Shown: positions 21,501 through 30,504, counted from the first letter of the stretch. The stretch: 64,000 bases of DNA from Verrucomicrobiaceae bacterium (GCA_021151605.1 JAGKWZ010000002.1:13896-77895); one strand, 5' to 3'. The notes: generated by a model not told the origin, from the letters alone. Numbers and translations: made by a program.

Positions 21501-21764
21501 ACCGAAGGCAGCCTGCAACGTCTGCGCCCAGTGCTCATGACCGCCCTCGTCGCCAGCCTTGGGTTCATCCCCATGGCCATCAGCGAAGGAGCCGGAGCCG
21601 AAGTCCAGCGCCCGCTCGCCACCGTCGTCATCGGCGGGATCGTCAGCAGTACCTTCCTCACGCTGTTCCTACTGCCGGTACTTTATCGCTGGCTCGTCTG
21701 CAAACCAACTCGTGCTCGTGTGCATCATGAAGAGCACTCAGTCGTCGCCCAAGTCGCCCTCTGA
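18588..21764 (+). CDS. czcA: Heavy-metal RND efflux transporter (CzcA/CusA family)
   Basis: DAVPDIT, GAVDFGLIIDGAVVMVEN, RLRPVLMTA, GAEVQRPLATVVIGG. Confidence 0.95.
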   Translation: MISSIIDFSLKNRFLVIMGSLLLLAAGIFSAMHLPVDAVPDITNTQVQINTAVPGLAPEETEKLVTYPLELALAGIQGVEEFRSLTKSGLSQVTLVFRDGFDLFRARQLVSERLVQVELPVGLSPQMSPISTGLGEIVYYTLDYRKDAPQRKQTRERQLMDLREAHDYIVKPFLRTVPGVAEVNSSGGYERQLVILPKPESLTNAGMTFSELAVIIGQNVDNAGGGVIERGNDRVLIRGVSKVASAEDIANLPVKFAAGIEPLRVKDLAEVSIGSNVRTGCAVENGEEAVLGTVMMLVGENSRIISKRVEEKLSELGKKLPADLEIRIQYARSEVVDRTINTVKHNLFEGAVLVVVVLLLLLGNWRAALIVALAIPLSFLFALIGMTFGGVSGNLMSLGAVDFGLIIDGAVVMVENIVRVLGERQHELGRKLTAKERLQAVHEAGEQVGSPMFFGVLIITLVYLPILALTGIEGKMFHPMAITVMLALGGALVLALTLMPALCSLLLTGNISEKDNFLMRWSKAAYAPSLRIAWTSRWGVVGGVVALLVVTVIVFTNLKQEFVPTLNEGSWTAMVYQPANTSLKTSLDRCIKTQKYLIEKVPEVTRTFARVGTSEVATDPMSPGEYDLYVFYKPQSEWRKENGKPVSRDRLAELVRDELAKEVPEQDYDFAQPIQMRFNEMLEGSRADLAVRIFGDDYDTMEKVAGQVKEILEGIAGTDNAEFESQGRVPVLEIRVDRASMLKYNVEASEVNAAITTAMAGHTAGMLVENNRRRAIVVRLPENLRNNSEIMKALPVRTQDGGLIALGRLADFVEVPQVDAIGREDGHRRVGLNVDLAGGTDSEAYVNAARAKIATSVKLPEGYRVDFGGQFEHLQEARARLMVVVPLALVLIFVLIHATFKSVMQTLIIYTGIPLAITGGVLALWMRGLPFSISAAIGFIALCGVAVLNGVVLISCFNQLRNEGRNAEQAVTEGSLQRLRPVLMTALVASLGFIPMAISEGAGAEVQRPLATVVIGGIVSSTFLTLFLLPVLYRWLVCKPTRARVHHEEHSVVAQVAL

Positions 21765-21784
21765 ACCTCAGCCCCAATAAGATT

Positions 21785-22315
21785 ATGAAATCAACATACA
21801 AACCTCTGTTACAGTCCCTCTCTGCAGTCACATTTGTCCTCGTGTTGGCCCTCGGCATCTCGACTTCTTTTGCCTCGAACAGCATCTATCTCAGTGTGGA
21901 CATGAAAGGGAGTCACTCGCCGCATTCCGGAAAGGAAAGCGCGGAAGCGCACACTCGCTGGCTGGAGATTAGCGCCTCCTCCATGTCACTCACAGGACCT
22001 GCAAAGGTCACCTTTGAATGGCATTTCTTTGCGGATGATTTGCAAGCAGATCACGTCGTAGAACATGCCAAGGGCAGCGAGGTCATCGAGATGCAGCCGG
22101 GGAAAACGGTCGAACTCAAAACCAAGCAGGCGGTGTTTTCATACGTGCGTCAGCACGCGGAGCGAGTGAGCAGCGGACGACGCGCTAGCTACAAGCGAGT
22201 CGAGGCCACCGGCAGCCGTTACCATGGCTGGGCAGTCCGAGCCTTGCTGGATGGCAAGGTGGTTGCTGAAGCCTTTAGCAGCCGAGATATTGCCAAGCTC
22301 ATCGAGTCCCGGTAA
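21785..22315 (+). CDS. Secreted hypothetical protein
   Basis: Signal peptide; several His; tight operon spacing. Confidence 0.7.
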   Translation: MKSTYKPLLQSLSAVTFVLVLALGISTSFASNSIYLSVDMKGSHSPHSGKESAEAHTRWLEISASSMSLTGPAKVTFEWHFFADDLQADHVVEHAKGSEVIEMQPGKTVELKTKQAVFSYVRQHAERVSSGRRASYKRVEATGSRYHGWAVRALLDGKVVAEAFSSRDIAKLIESR

Positions 22316-22336
22316 AACAAACGTTTTTCCACGAAC

Positions 22337-23530
22337 ATGCTCTCTCCCTGCCCACCGAAAGCCAAATCATCTCATGCAAACGTCTTTCAGATGCCAGGAA
22401 TGACCAACCCATGGGCGATCACGCCGTTTCTAGTTCCTGCCGCCTGCTTGCCTGCGGCAGAGGCCTTCCGCTTCGACTCTAGCTACCAAGTCTATGATGA
22501 GTCGAACGGGCGCATGTTTGTGGAGTCCTACTACTACCGGGGAGAGATGTTCCTGTCTGAAGAGACCAGCTTCCGTTTCCAGATGCTCCGGGATGCCATC
22601 ACAGGCTCCACGCCGATTGGCGCGCAGCCCGGCGGTACGCAGCCATTTTTGGTAGAAATCGATGATGTAAGGCAGGGTGTGCTAGCTGCGCTGTCCCAAC
22701 AGATCGGTGATCATCGGGTGGAGGTAGAGCTGTCACACTCCCGTGAAAGCGACTATCTATCCCAAGGCGTGTCTTTGAGTGATAAACTAGAGCTCAACCA
22801 AAAGAATACGACGCTGAGTTTTGGCCTGAACTACCTGAACGACACCATCGTTGTGCGCGGCACTGATGATCAAAATAAAAAGAGCTACGATCTCTTTCTC
22901 GGCCTATCCCAGCTTCTGGACAAGAATACGGTCGTCTCCGCCAACCTGACTTTGGGCTATGCTGAGGGCTATCTGAACGATCAGTACAAAGTTATTCAGC
23001 GGGATGAACTTTTCGGGGGCATCCCGGTCACCAATATCTACCGGGAAAATCGTCCATCCAGTCGCCTCCGTGGGGTCCTTCAGTTTCAGGGCACGCACTA
23101 CTTCGACAAAGCGAACGCAGCTCTGGATGCCGTCGTGCGACTCTCTCAGGATGACTACGGGGTCTTCTCCCAAAGCCTTCAGTTCGAGTGGCGGCAGGGT
23201 CTTTTTGGCAAGTTGGAGATCACGCCATTCTTCCGCTACTACCAGCAGAGCGCGGCGGATTTCTACCACCCTAGCCTGAACGATGTGAACATCACCACAC
23301 CCCAGGCCTTTCCGGATGGCAGCGGCCCGAACTACTCTGCAGACTATCGTTTGTCTTCAATGTCTACGATGAGCGTTGGATTGAAAACTCGCTATCGCTT
23401 TACCGAAAACATCGCCGCATCCATCACCTATGAGCACTATGAAATGGCGGGTGTGGGTGGAGATCAGGCCCCGGCTGCCGCTTACCCGATAGCCAGCATG
23501 TGGACTTTTGGTTTGAACTTCACTTTCTGA
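22337..23530 (+). CDS. DUF3570-family outer-membrane protein
   Basis: DAITGSTP, SRESDYLS, NQKNTTL, YSADYRLS, C-terminal Phe; context apbE/TlpA/DUF4266. Confidence 0.85.
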   Translation: MLSPCPPKAKSSHANVFQMPGMTNPWAITPFLVPAACLPAAEAFRFDSSYQVYDESNGRMFVESYYYRGEMFLSEETSFRFQMLRDAITGSTPIGAQPGGTQPFLVEIDDVRQGVLAALSQQIGDHRVEVELSHSRESDYLSQGVSLSDKLELNQKNTTLSFGLNYLNDTIVVRGTDDQNKKSYDLFLGLSQLLDKNTVVSANLTLGYAEGYLNDQYKVIQRDELFGGIPVTNIYRENRPSSRLRGVLQFQGTHYFDKANAALDAVVRLSQDDYGVFSQSLQFEWRQGLFGKLEITPFFRYYQQSAADFYHPSLNDVNITTPQAFPDGSGPNYSADYRLSSMSTMSVGLKTRYRFTENIAASITYEHYEMAGVGGDQAPAAAYPIASMWTFGLNFTF

Positions 23531-23539
23531 TCCAGCACG

Positions 23540-24511
23540 ATGTCAAAAGCAGTCCCCCAGATATCTATCGAGCCTGACGCACGCGGTGTGCGGAGCGTGG
23601 GCTTTAGGGCATTGGGGACGAACTGCGCCATCCAGTTCCGCTGCGTGGATCAAAAATCTGCCCTCCAGTTCGTGGCGGATGCACTCGGTTGGCTGAGTGC
23701 CTTTGAAGCCAAGTTTTCCCGCTTTAAGCCGGATTCGATGCTCTCCAAGATCAACCAAGCCGCTGGCAAATCCTGGATCGAGATCGACCCCGAGATGGGT
23801 GGCATGCTCGACATGGCGGATGCCATGCATCGACTCACAAAAGGCATCCTGGATGCCGCCATGCTGCCGCTAATCAAAGTCTGGGACTGGAAGGTCGTGC
23901 ATGAGCGCCTGCCGAGTGAGGATGAGATCTCGCGGGCGCTGAACCTCTCTAATTGGAAAGACGTGCAGCGGAGACCAGGGAAGGTCTTCCTCCCGCGTGA
24001 GGGCATGGGGCTGGACTTCGGCGGCTTTGGTAAAGAGCACGCGGTGGATCAGATCATCGTCATTGCGAAAAAGTTTGGCATCCAGGACATCCTCGTGGAC
24101 CTCGGGCGGGACATCTTTGCCCTCGGCGGCAATGGTGTACATCCTTTTTGGCATGTCGGTATTCAGGATGGCGTCCAGACCGAGCGCTGTATCGGTGGGC
24201 TGGCCGTCTCCGGTTTTGCCGTTTGTGCTTCAGGGGATTATGCGCGTCGCTTTGAGCACAAAGGCGTGCGCTATGGTCACATCCTCGACGTGCGCACTGG
24301 CTGGCCCGTGCGTCACGGAATGCGTGCAGTCACCGTCCTCGCGCCGAGTTGCCTCATGGCAGGGATCTACTCCACCTGCGTGTTCGTGCTCGGTTTGAGC
24401 GAAGGTCTCCGTCTGGCAGATAACGCTCCCGGAATCGAAGCCTGCCTGCAGGACGATCAGGCCACCCATGTCACCCGCGAGTTCCGCAGATTCCAAGTCC
24501 AGGCCGCTTAG
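23540..24511 (+). CDS. apbE: FAD:protein FMN transferase
   Basis: FRALGT, LDFGGFGKEHAVD, SGDYAR, YGHILD.RTGWP. Confidence 0.93.
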   Translation: MSKAVPQISIEPDARGVRSVGFRALGTNCAIQFRCVDQKSALQFVADALGWLSAFEAKFSRFKPDSMLSKINQAAGKSWIEIDPEMGGMLDMADAMHRLTKGILDAAMLPLIKVWDWKVVHERLPSEDEISRALNLSNWKDVQRRPGKVFLPREGMGLDFGGFGKEHAVDQIIVIAKKFGIQDILVDLGRDIFALGGNGVHPFWHVGIQDGVQTERCIGGLAVSGFAVCASGDYARRFEHKGVRYGHILDVRTGWPVRHGMRAVTVLAPSCLMAGIYSTCVFVLGLSEGLRLADNAPGIEACLQDDQATHVTREFRRFQVQAA

Positions 24512-24536
24512 CTCTTTTAACTCTACCCCAACCTCT

Positions 24537-25022
24537 ATGAAATCCATCCTCACTCTCGTCATCACCATCCTCAGTCTTTCCATGGCCCCTGCCGCAGAAC
24601 CCAAAGTCGGCGCTGCCCTCCCAGCTCTCAGCGGCTTGCTGCCAGGAGCCTCGCTGCCAAAAACATCTGGCAAAGTCGTCCTCGTCGATTTTTGGGCCTC
24701 GTGGTGCGCCCCTTGTAAAGCCTCATTCTCTGCCATGGCCCGTCTCCAGCAAAAGTATGCTAGTAAGGGCCTGGTGATCATTGGTATCGGAGTCGATGAC
24801 GAAGCGGAGGCTTATCAAAGTTTTGTCTCGAAGAACAAAGCCGCCTTCACTCTGGCGCATGACACACAGCACAATGCAGCGGCATTCTTCAATCCACCCA
24901 CAATGCCCAGCAGTTATCTCGTGGACCGGAAAGGCGTGATCCGTCACATCCACAAAGGATTTAAAGTCGGCAAGACAGAGGCTGAATACACCGCCGAGAT
25001 CGAGGCGCTGCTCGCCGAGTAA
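24537..25022 (+). CDS. TlpA-like thiol-disulfide oxidoreductase
   Basis: Signal peptide, VDFWASWCAPC, MPSSYLVDRKG. Confidence 0.92.
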   Translation: MKSILTLVITILSLSMAPAAEPKVGAALPALSGLLPGASLPKTSGKVVLVDFWASWCAPCKASFSAMARLQQKYASKGLVIIGIGVDDEAEAYQSFVSKNKAAFTLAHDTQHNAAAFFNPPTMPSSYLVDRKGVIRHIHKGFKVGKTEAEYTAEIEALLAE

Positions 25023-25044
25023 ACATTTTACCGCTCTTACCCTC

Positions 25045-25272
25045 ATGAAAAGAATCCTCCTCTCCACAGCCGCCGTGACGGTGATGATGCTCAGCAGTTG
25101 CTCCCAGCAGCTTGTGCGAGTGAAGCCCTATGAACGCGGCCATCTGGCGAACCCGCTGATGGATGCAGGTCGTGATCCACTGCTGCTGGCCATGACCCAG
25201 CATGCCTACTTCTCCCGAGAAGCCGCCTTTGGTGGCGGAGGTGTGGGCGGAGGAGGCTGCGGCTGTAACTGA
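25045..25272 (+). CDS. DUF4266-family small lipoprotein
   Basis: Lipobox LSSC, VKPYERGHLA, C-terminal GGGGVGGGGCGCN. Confidence 0.9.
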   Translation: MKRILLSTAAVTVMMLSSCSQQLVRVKPYERGHLANPLMDAGRDPLLLAMTQHAYFSREAAFGGGGVGGGGCGCN

Positions 25273-25293
25273 CAATCCTTTTCTAAACAAACC

Positions 25294-28200
25294 ATGAACC
25301 CTTCACCCAAGCTTACTGATATGAACACCTCCACTTTTTTCCCCAAACTGAAAAGGCTTATCAAACGCGCCAGTTCCCTGCTGATGCTCTTTCAGCGCAC
25401 TCCAGCGGCGCAGATCCTGGTGCCTGCGGAGTTTAATCTTGCCTCCTCAGCAGGTTTTCTTGGAACAGCAGAGTTCGCCATCGCTACTGTCGTTGGCCTT
25501 GGTGCGTATGACAGCGTCGCAGGAGCGACGACTCTCAACCAGATATCTCCAACAAACGGCTCTGCGACGATATCAATCCAGGCTGGCACACAACTGCCAA
25601 CAACCGGAAACCAGGCAATTGTCTTCCAAGTCACCGGAAGTCCAAGTACGCCGCAGTCATGGCGCGTGTTGCCCACTACGCCACTTCCTAACGGCATCTC
25701 CCTGTTTACTAACGGCGGAGGCAGCACAAACAAGCTTATTGGCACAACCAATCAGGTGGGGACTAGTTTGGTAACAGTGCAAGCTTGGGAGGGCGGCATA
25801 GGTAGTGGCGGTGTCGTTCAGAGGACCTTCACCGTCAACGTCATCGCCAGTGATGCCACAATCACCACCTCTCCAAGCAACGTCACTATCAACAGTGGTC
25901 AATCCACCACTCTCACCGTCGTAGCAGCCGGCGGTGCCCCACTGACTTACCAGTGGTATCAGGGAAGTAGCCCTGATACAAGTAACCCTGTGGGCACCGA
26001 TTCGGCATCCTTCACCACTCCGGTGCTGACTGCGACAACAGCCTATTGGGTCAAAGTGACGAATGCTTCCAATCTCACGGGGGCTAACTCTACCACTGCT
26101 ACCGTCACCGTGCGCCAGCCTGCCGCGATCACGACTCAGCCTGTTTCCACCTCCATCAACACCGGCCAGACAGCTTCATTGTCTGTGATCGCTAGCGGCA
26201 CCGGCCCGCTGACCTACCAGTGGTATCAGGGCAACAGCCCTAGCGAGACAATACCCGTCGGCACGAACTCCCCAAATTTCACCACGCCTACTTTGCTCGC
26301 CACCACCAGCTATTGGGTGAAGGTCACCAATGCCGCCAACACTAGTGGAGCCAAGTCTGACACGGCCACCATCACCGTCACGGAGGCATCTGATCCTGGC
26401 ATTTTCACAGCGTCGTCACTGCCTGCCGCGCGGACAAACATAGTGTACACAACTACGCTAACAGCTTTTGGTGGTAGGCAGCCCTACACCTGGACCGTCT
26501 CGGACGGAAACCTGCCAGACGGACTGATTTTGAGTGAAACAGGTGTCATCTCCGGCACCACCGGAGCTGTCGGCACTGGGAGCTTCACCGTGCAAGTCAC
26601 CGACCAAGACATGAAAACCGACACGCGGGTCTTCGAGTTGCTCGTCAGTGATCTCGACATCGCCACCGCGACACTGCCGACGGCAGTGAAGGGCACCCCC
26701 TACACCGCCACACTCGCCGCCAGTGGTGGCGCTGAGCCCTTCACCTGGACGCTCCAAGGTGGAACATTGCCAGCGGGCATCACGCTCAGCAGCGCAGGCG
26801 TGCTCTCCGGCACACCCACCGCAGCAGGAGATGCCGCCATTACTGTACGAGTGACCGATTCCACATCCTTTGGGATCTCTAAAAGCTTGTTGTTACCCGT
26901 TTCCGCGACCTTCATCAGACCGGTCTTGAATCCCATTACCTTCCCTGTTGTCACGGTGGGCACGGACTTTAATCACACCGTCACGGCTTTGAATTACCCG
27001 AGGACGTTCACGATCACGGGGCTGCCGAAAGGGTTGAAGGCTACGCCAAGTGGGGTGATCTCAGGCAGACCTGACGTATCCGGCGTGTTTAACGTCCAAG
27101 TGAAAGCCACCAATCCCGGAGGTTCCAGCCTGGTCGTGACGTCACGTCTCACGGTCAAAGCGCTACCAAAAAACCTCGTTGGCACCTTTGGCGGTATTTT
27201 GACAAGAACTGGCACCAACCGCTCACTGGGCGGACAGATCGGTCTGACCACTACCTCAAACGGCAGCTACACTCTGAAGATCACTGGTGCTCTGCCAAGC
27301 ACCACGCTGGCTTTAGGTGGCTCTGCCAGCAGTTCTGCCACAGGCAGGCTGGCGGCTACGGCACCACAAATCACCGCTACTGTCGCGGGTGCGCTAGTGA
27401 GCCTGAGCATCGATCCAGTCTCTGGAGATCTCAGTGGCAGCGTCGGGGCGGCGACCATTAGCGGCCACCGCTCCGCCTGGAATGCCATCAGCCAGCCAGC
27501 GGAAGATCTCGCGGGCTATTACAGCATGGCTCTGGACCTCGCAGATGTGGGAGATGATGGATTAGTCGGTATTCCTCAAGGTAGCGGCTATGCCACCTTT
27601 ACCGTCACCCCTGGTGGTACGCTTACCGTCGCTGGTAGAACCGCTGATGGAGAAACCATCACTACGGCCACCTTTCTCAGCACTGACGCTGACTTCTGGG
27701 TTTACACACCCCTTTATAAGAATGCAGGTACCATCCAAGGCAGTCTGAAAATCACCCCGGATGCACAGTCGGTATTCGTCGGCAATGTCATCAGCGGGCC
27801 GCTGACTTGGTTCAAACCCACGATTCCGTCTCGCAGCTACGACACCACTTTTGGCCCGATCAATCTGAAAGCGGAAGGCGGTTATCTGGCACCGGCCAGC
27901 ACAGGCAATGTCGTTCTTGGCCTCCCAAATGCCGGCATTGTGCAGCTCCGCTTCACGGATGGCGGTCTTGCTGCTTCAGCCACCGATCCAGACATGGACT
28001 TCACCTACACTGACGATAACAAAGTGCTGCTGCCCACAGCCGTAAACTCAAACCCTGGGAAAGTCAGCCTGACGATTAATCCCACGACTGGAGCTGTGTC
28101 CGGCAATTTCACTCTGACGGAAGCCACGCCTTCCCTCACCCGATCTAAAGTGGCCTTCCAAGGACAGGTCGTCCGACTGGCGAATGGGCAAGTCAAAGGC

Positions 28201-28302
28201 GTCGGCTACTTCCTACTGCCGCAGATACCAACCAATGGTCAGACCGTCGCAACTTCGGCTCTGCTTTCTGGAGGATGGAGGCTTAACCAGATAGCTCCAT
28301 AA
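25294..28302 (+). CDS. Large Ig-domain surface protein with an extended N-terminal leader
   Basis: Two Ig domains (LTYQWYQG...YWVKVTN), putative Ig repeats (G.LP.GL/IT.S..G.LSGT), C-terminal beta domain. Confidence 0.88.
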   Translation: MNPSPKLTDMNTSTFFPKLKRLIKRASSLLMLFQRTPAAQILVPAEFNLASSAGFLGTAEFAIATVVGLGAYDSVAGATTLNQISPTNGSATISIQAGTQLPTTGNQAIVFQVTGSPSTPQSWRVLPTTPLPNGISLFTNGGGSTNKLIGTTNQVGTSLVTVQAWEGGIGSGGVVQRTFTVNVIASDATITTSPSNVTINSGQSTTLTVVAAGGAPLTYQWYQGSSPDTSNPVGTDSASFTTPVLTATTAYWVKVTNASNLTGANSTTATVTVRQPAAITTQPVSTSINTGQTASLSVIASGTGPLTYQWYQGNSPSETIPVGTNSPNFTTPTLLATTSYWVKVTNAANTSGAKSDTATITVTEASDPGIFTASSLPAARTNIVYTTTLTAFGGRQPYTWTVSDGNLPDGLILSETGVISGTTGAVGTGSFTVQVTDQDMKTDTRVFELLVSDLDIATATLPTAVKGTPYTATLAASGGAEPFTWTLQGGTLPAGITLSSAGVLSGTPTAAGDAAITVRVTDSTSFGISKSLLLPVSATFIRPVLNPITFPVVTVGTDFNHTVTALNYPRTFTITGLPKGLKATPSGVISGRPDVSGVFNVQVKATNPGGSSLVVTSRLTVKALPKNLVGTFGGILTRTGTNRSLGGQIGLTTTSNGSYTLKITGALPSTTLALGGSASSSATGRLAATAPQITATVAGALVSLSIDPVSGDLSGSVGAATISGHRSAWNAISQPAEDLAGYYSMALDLADVGDDGLVGIPQGSGYATFTVTPGGTLTVAGRTADGETITTATFLSTDADFWVYTPLYKNAGTIQGSLKITPDAQSVFVGNVISGPLTWFKPTIPSRSYDTTFGPINLKAEGGYLAPASTGNVVLGLPNAGIVQLRFTDGGLAASATDPDMDFTYTDDNKVLLPTAVNSNPGKVSLTINPTTGAVSGNFTLTEATPSLTRSKVAFQGQVVRLANGQVKGVGYFLLPQIPTNGQTVATSALLSGGWRLNQIAP

Positions 28303-28426
28303 GCAACGATGTCCGAGTTGTGGAAACAGCGTCTCATTAACATCATCTCATATCGTCAACTTTTCTTGAGCAAACGCTAACTCTCTGGGTCAATTACGCC
28401 CCTGATTAACTCAAGCAATTCTGATT

Positions 28427-28747
28427 GTGCGCTTCGCCCGACTGCTCTTTCTCATTTTGACCGTACTCGCCGTGACTGGTGAGGCGTTCACACTGGAGCA
28501 CAGTCTAAGCGAAGTGGATCAGGTTCACGCTAACTTCGAATATTCAATCGAGAGCGAGGATCTAGCTGAAGACCAGGAAACCTGGGGCAAAGACCTTCTG
28601 GCACCCTGGCTTGCATGGGAGAACAGACGAGCGATGCAGACCGTTCTTTGTCGGACATGGCTTTGGAATTCCCAACAGAGATTCACTGTTCGGGAAAGTG
28701 GCATGAAGCAGCGTCGGCATCGGTGGCTGGCGGTGGAGCAGATTTAA
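28427..28747 (+). CDS. Small leader-like hypothetical protein
   Basis: GTG start, signal-like N-terminus, acidic middle, ends RRHRWLAVEQI. Confidence 0.6.
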   Translation: MRFARLLFLILTVLAVTGEAFTLEHSLSEVDQVHANFEYSIESEDLAEDQETWGKDLLAPWLAWENRRAMQTVLCRTWLWNSQQRFTVRESGMKQRRHRWLAVEQI

Positions 28748-28847
28748 AGGGGCTTTCAAGCCCCCTTAATCCCCAAGACAAAGATCTCTTGGGCATAATC
28801 TGCCGTCAGAAGACGGCCTCTACCCCCTCTCACCCATTCCGATTTTC

Positions 28848-29516
28848 ATGACCCCACTGATTTCCACGATTTGTATTCAGCCAGAACCACAGCCCGTCCA
28901 CTATTGGCCGACACGAGACCTGATCCGCCTCTGGCCATGGCTTCTTCCGGCCTTTCTCATCTTCAGCCTCACCTGCCATCGTTTTGGTGACGTCTTGGCA
29001 GCAATGACCTCAGCCCTCACCGCTATAGGCTGTGTTTGGATGACCTTTCTCATAGCTCGGCGACTTTGGGGCTACCATAAAGCTCATACTACAGCCACGG
29101 CACTGATGTTGGCTCTCGGGGCTTTCTCATTGGTCATCACGCCGATGCCAGACTTGTCCCTGAGTTTCATCGTTTTTGCTGCGACAGCCGCTCTTGTTCA
29201 TCACCGCAGTTGGCTCTTCATCAGCATTATGATTTTGGCGTTCCTCTGGCAAGGTTTGAGTGCACTTCTCATGCCCTTGTCCGGTTTGCTAGGGTGGTGG
29301 CTCGCAAATGGCCTGAAGCATGACCTGCTGCGAGCACGTCATGGACTGCTTTTGGGCTGGTCGCTTCCCTTGCCATTCTTAATGATACACCATGCATCCA
29401 CCTTGGAGCCATTGGTGCTATCAGTGTTTTCGGCTCTGATACTCGCTTTAAGGCCCTCTATGGCGTTCTCTCGTCGTCTTTGGAAGTTGGGCTCAAGGAT
29501 CCCTGCAACAGAATAG
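28848..29516 (+). CDS. Membrane protein resembling a shortened ArnT/GT39-like glycosyltransferase
   Basis: TFLIARRLWG and PMPDL..F motifs, hydrophobic, much shorter than ArnT. Confidence 0.45.
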   Translation: MTPLISTICIQPEPQPVHYWPTRDLIRLWPWLLPAFLIFSLTCHRFGDVLAAMTSALTAIGCVWMTFLIARRLWGYHKAHTTATALMLALGAFSLVITPMPDLSLSFIVFAATAALVHHRSWLFISIMILAFLWQGLSALLMPLSGLLGWWLANGLKHDLLRARHGLLLGWSLPLPFLMIHHASTLEPLVLSVFSALILALRPSMAFSRRLWKLGSRIPATE

Positions 29517-29643
29517 GAAGCTTCGCCGGAATGCCCGACAAGTCGCGCTGTATCCGCTAAAGAACACGAACCCCATCCAGTCCCCCGCAATCACTGATCA
29601 AAACGGCTACGCTCTTGCTCTCACTGGCTAAAAGACTCTTACC

Positions 29644-30504
29644 ATGACCATCACCTCCTCTACTGATTACACACCCACCATCGACGGTGCTGCCTCGCAT
29701 TATGATGACCTCGACTCCTTTTATCGCGAAATCTGGGGCGAGCATGTGCACCACGGCATGTGGCTGACCGGCAAAGAAACAGACACCGAAGCGGCGGAGA
29801 ATCTGGTGACACTCGTCGCCAAGCTGGGCGGTACCGGCAAAGACACGGATGTCTGTGATGTCGGCTGCGGCTACGGTGCCACGGCAAAAATCCTGGCTGA
29901 GCGCTATGGAGCCAATGTCACCGGCATGACCATCTCCAAGATGCAGTGGCGTTATGCCCAAGAACACAACGACGTGCCAGGCAAGACGACGTTCCTGCTG
30001 CGCGACTGGTATCAGAATCAACTGCCGGACAATCGCTTCGACGTGGTGGAAACGGTGGAAAGCCTCGAGCACATGCCTGACCTGCCCACCTTCTTCCGCG
30101 AGTGCTATCGCGTGATGAAACCCGGTGGCCGGCTCGTCGCCGTCGCGTGGATGTCTTGTGAGAATCCCAGCGCGTTGTCGAAGCGGCACCTCATTGATGC
30201 CATCACCCGCGAATCTCAGATCGCTGGCGTGCGCCCCGAAAGTGAGTTCCGCGCGGCAGCTTTGGCAGCAGGCTTTACGAACTACCAATTCAACGACTAT
30301 GCCCAGCAGGTGAAAAAAACCTGGCCGCTCTGTGCCTGGCGCACCGTGAAGGGGTTCTTCACCAAACCACACTACCGGAGCTTCTTATTCAGCTCGAAGA
30401 ACCCCAATCGCATCTTCGCACTGACGCTTTTCCGAATCTGGCTGGCTTATGAACTGGGTGTTCAGCGCTACGGAGTCTTCAGCGCAGATAAACCGGCGGT
30501 CTGA
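29644..30504 (+). CDS. SAM-dependent methyltransferase (tocopherol/sterol C-methyltransferase-like)
   Basis: HYD..D.FY.EIWGEHVHHG.W, DVGCGYG, ESLEHMPD, KPGG. Confidence 0.9.
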   Translation: MTITSSTDYTPTIDGAASHYDDLDSFYREIWGEHVHHGMWLTGKETDTEAAENLVTLVAKLGGTGKDTDVCDVGCGYGATAKILAERYGANVTGMTISKMQWRYAQEHNDVPGKTTFLLRDWYQNQLPDNRFDVVETVESLEHMPDLPTFFRECYRVMKPGGRLVAVAWMSCENPSALSKRHLIDAITRESQIAGVRPESEFRAAALAAGFTNYQFNDYAQQVKKTWPLCAWRTVKGFFTKPHYRSFLFSSKNPNRIFALTLFRIWLAYELGVQRYGVFSADKPAV

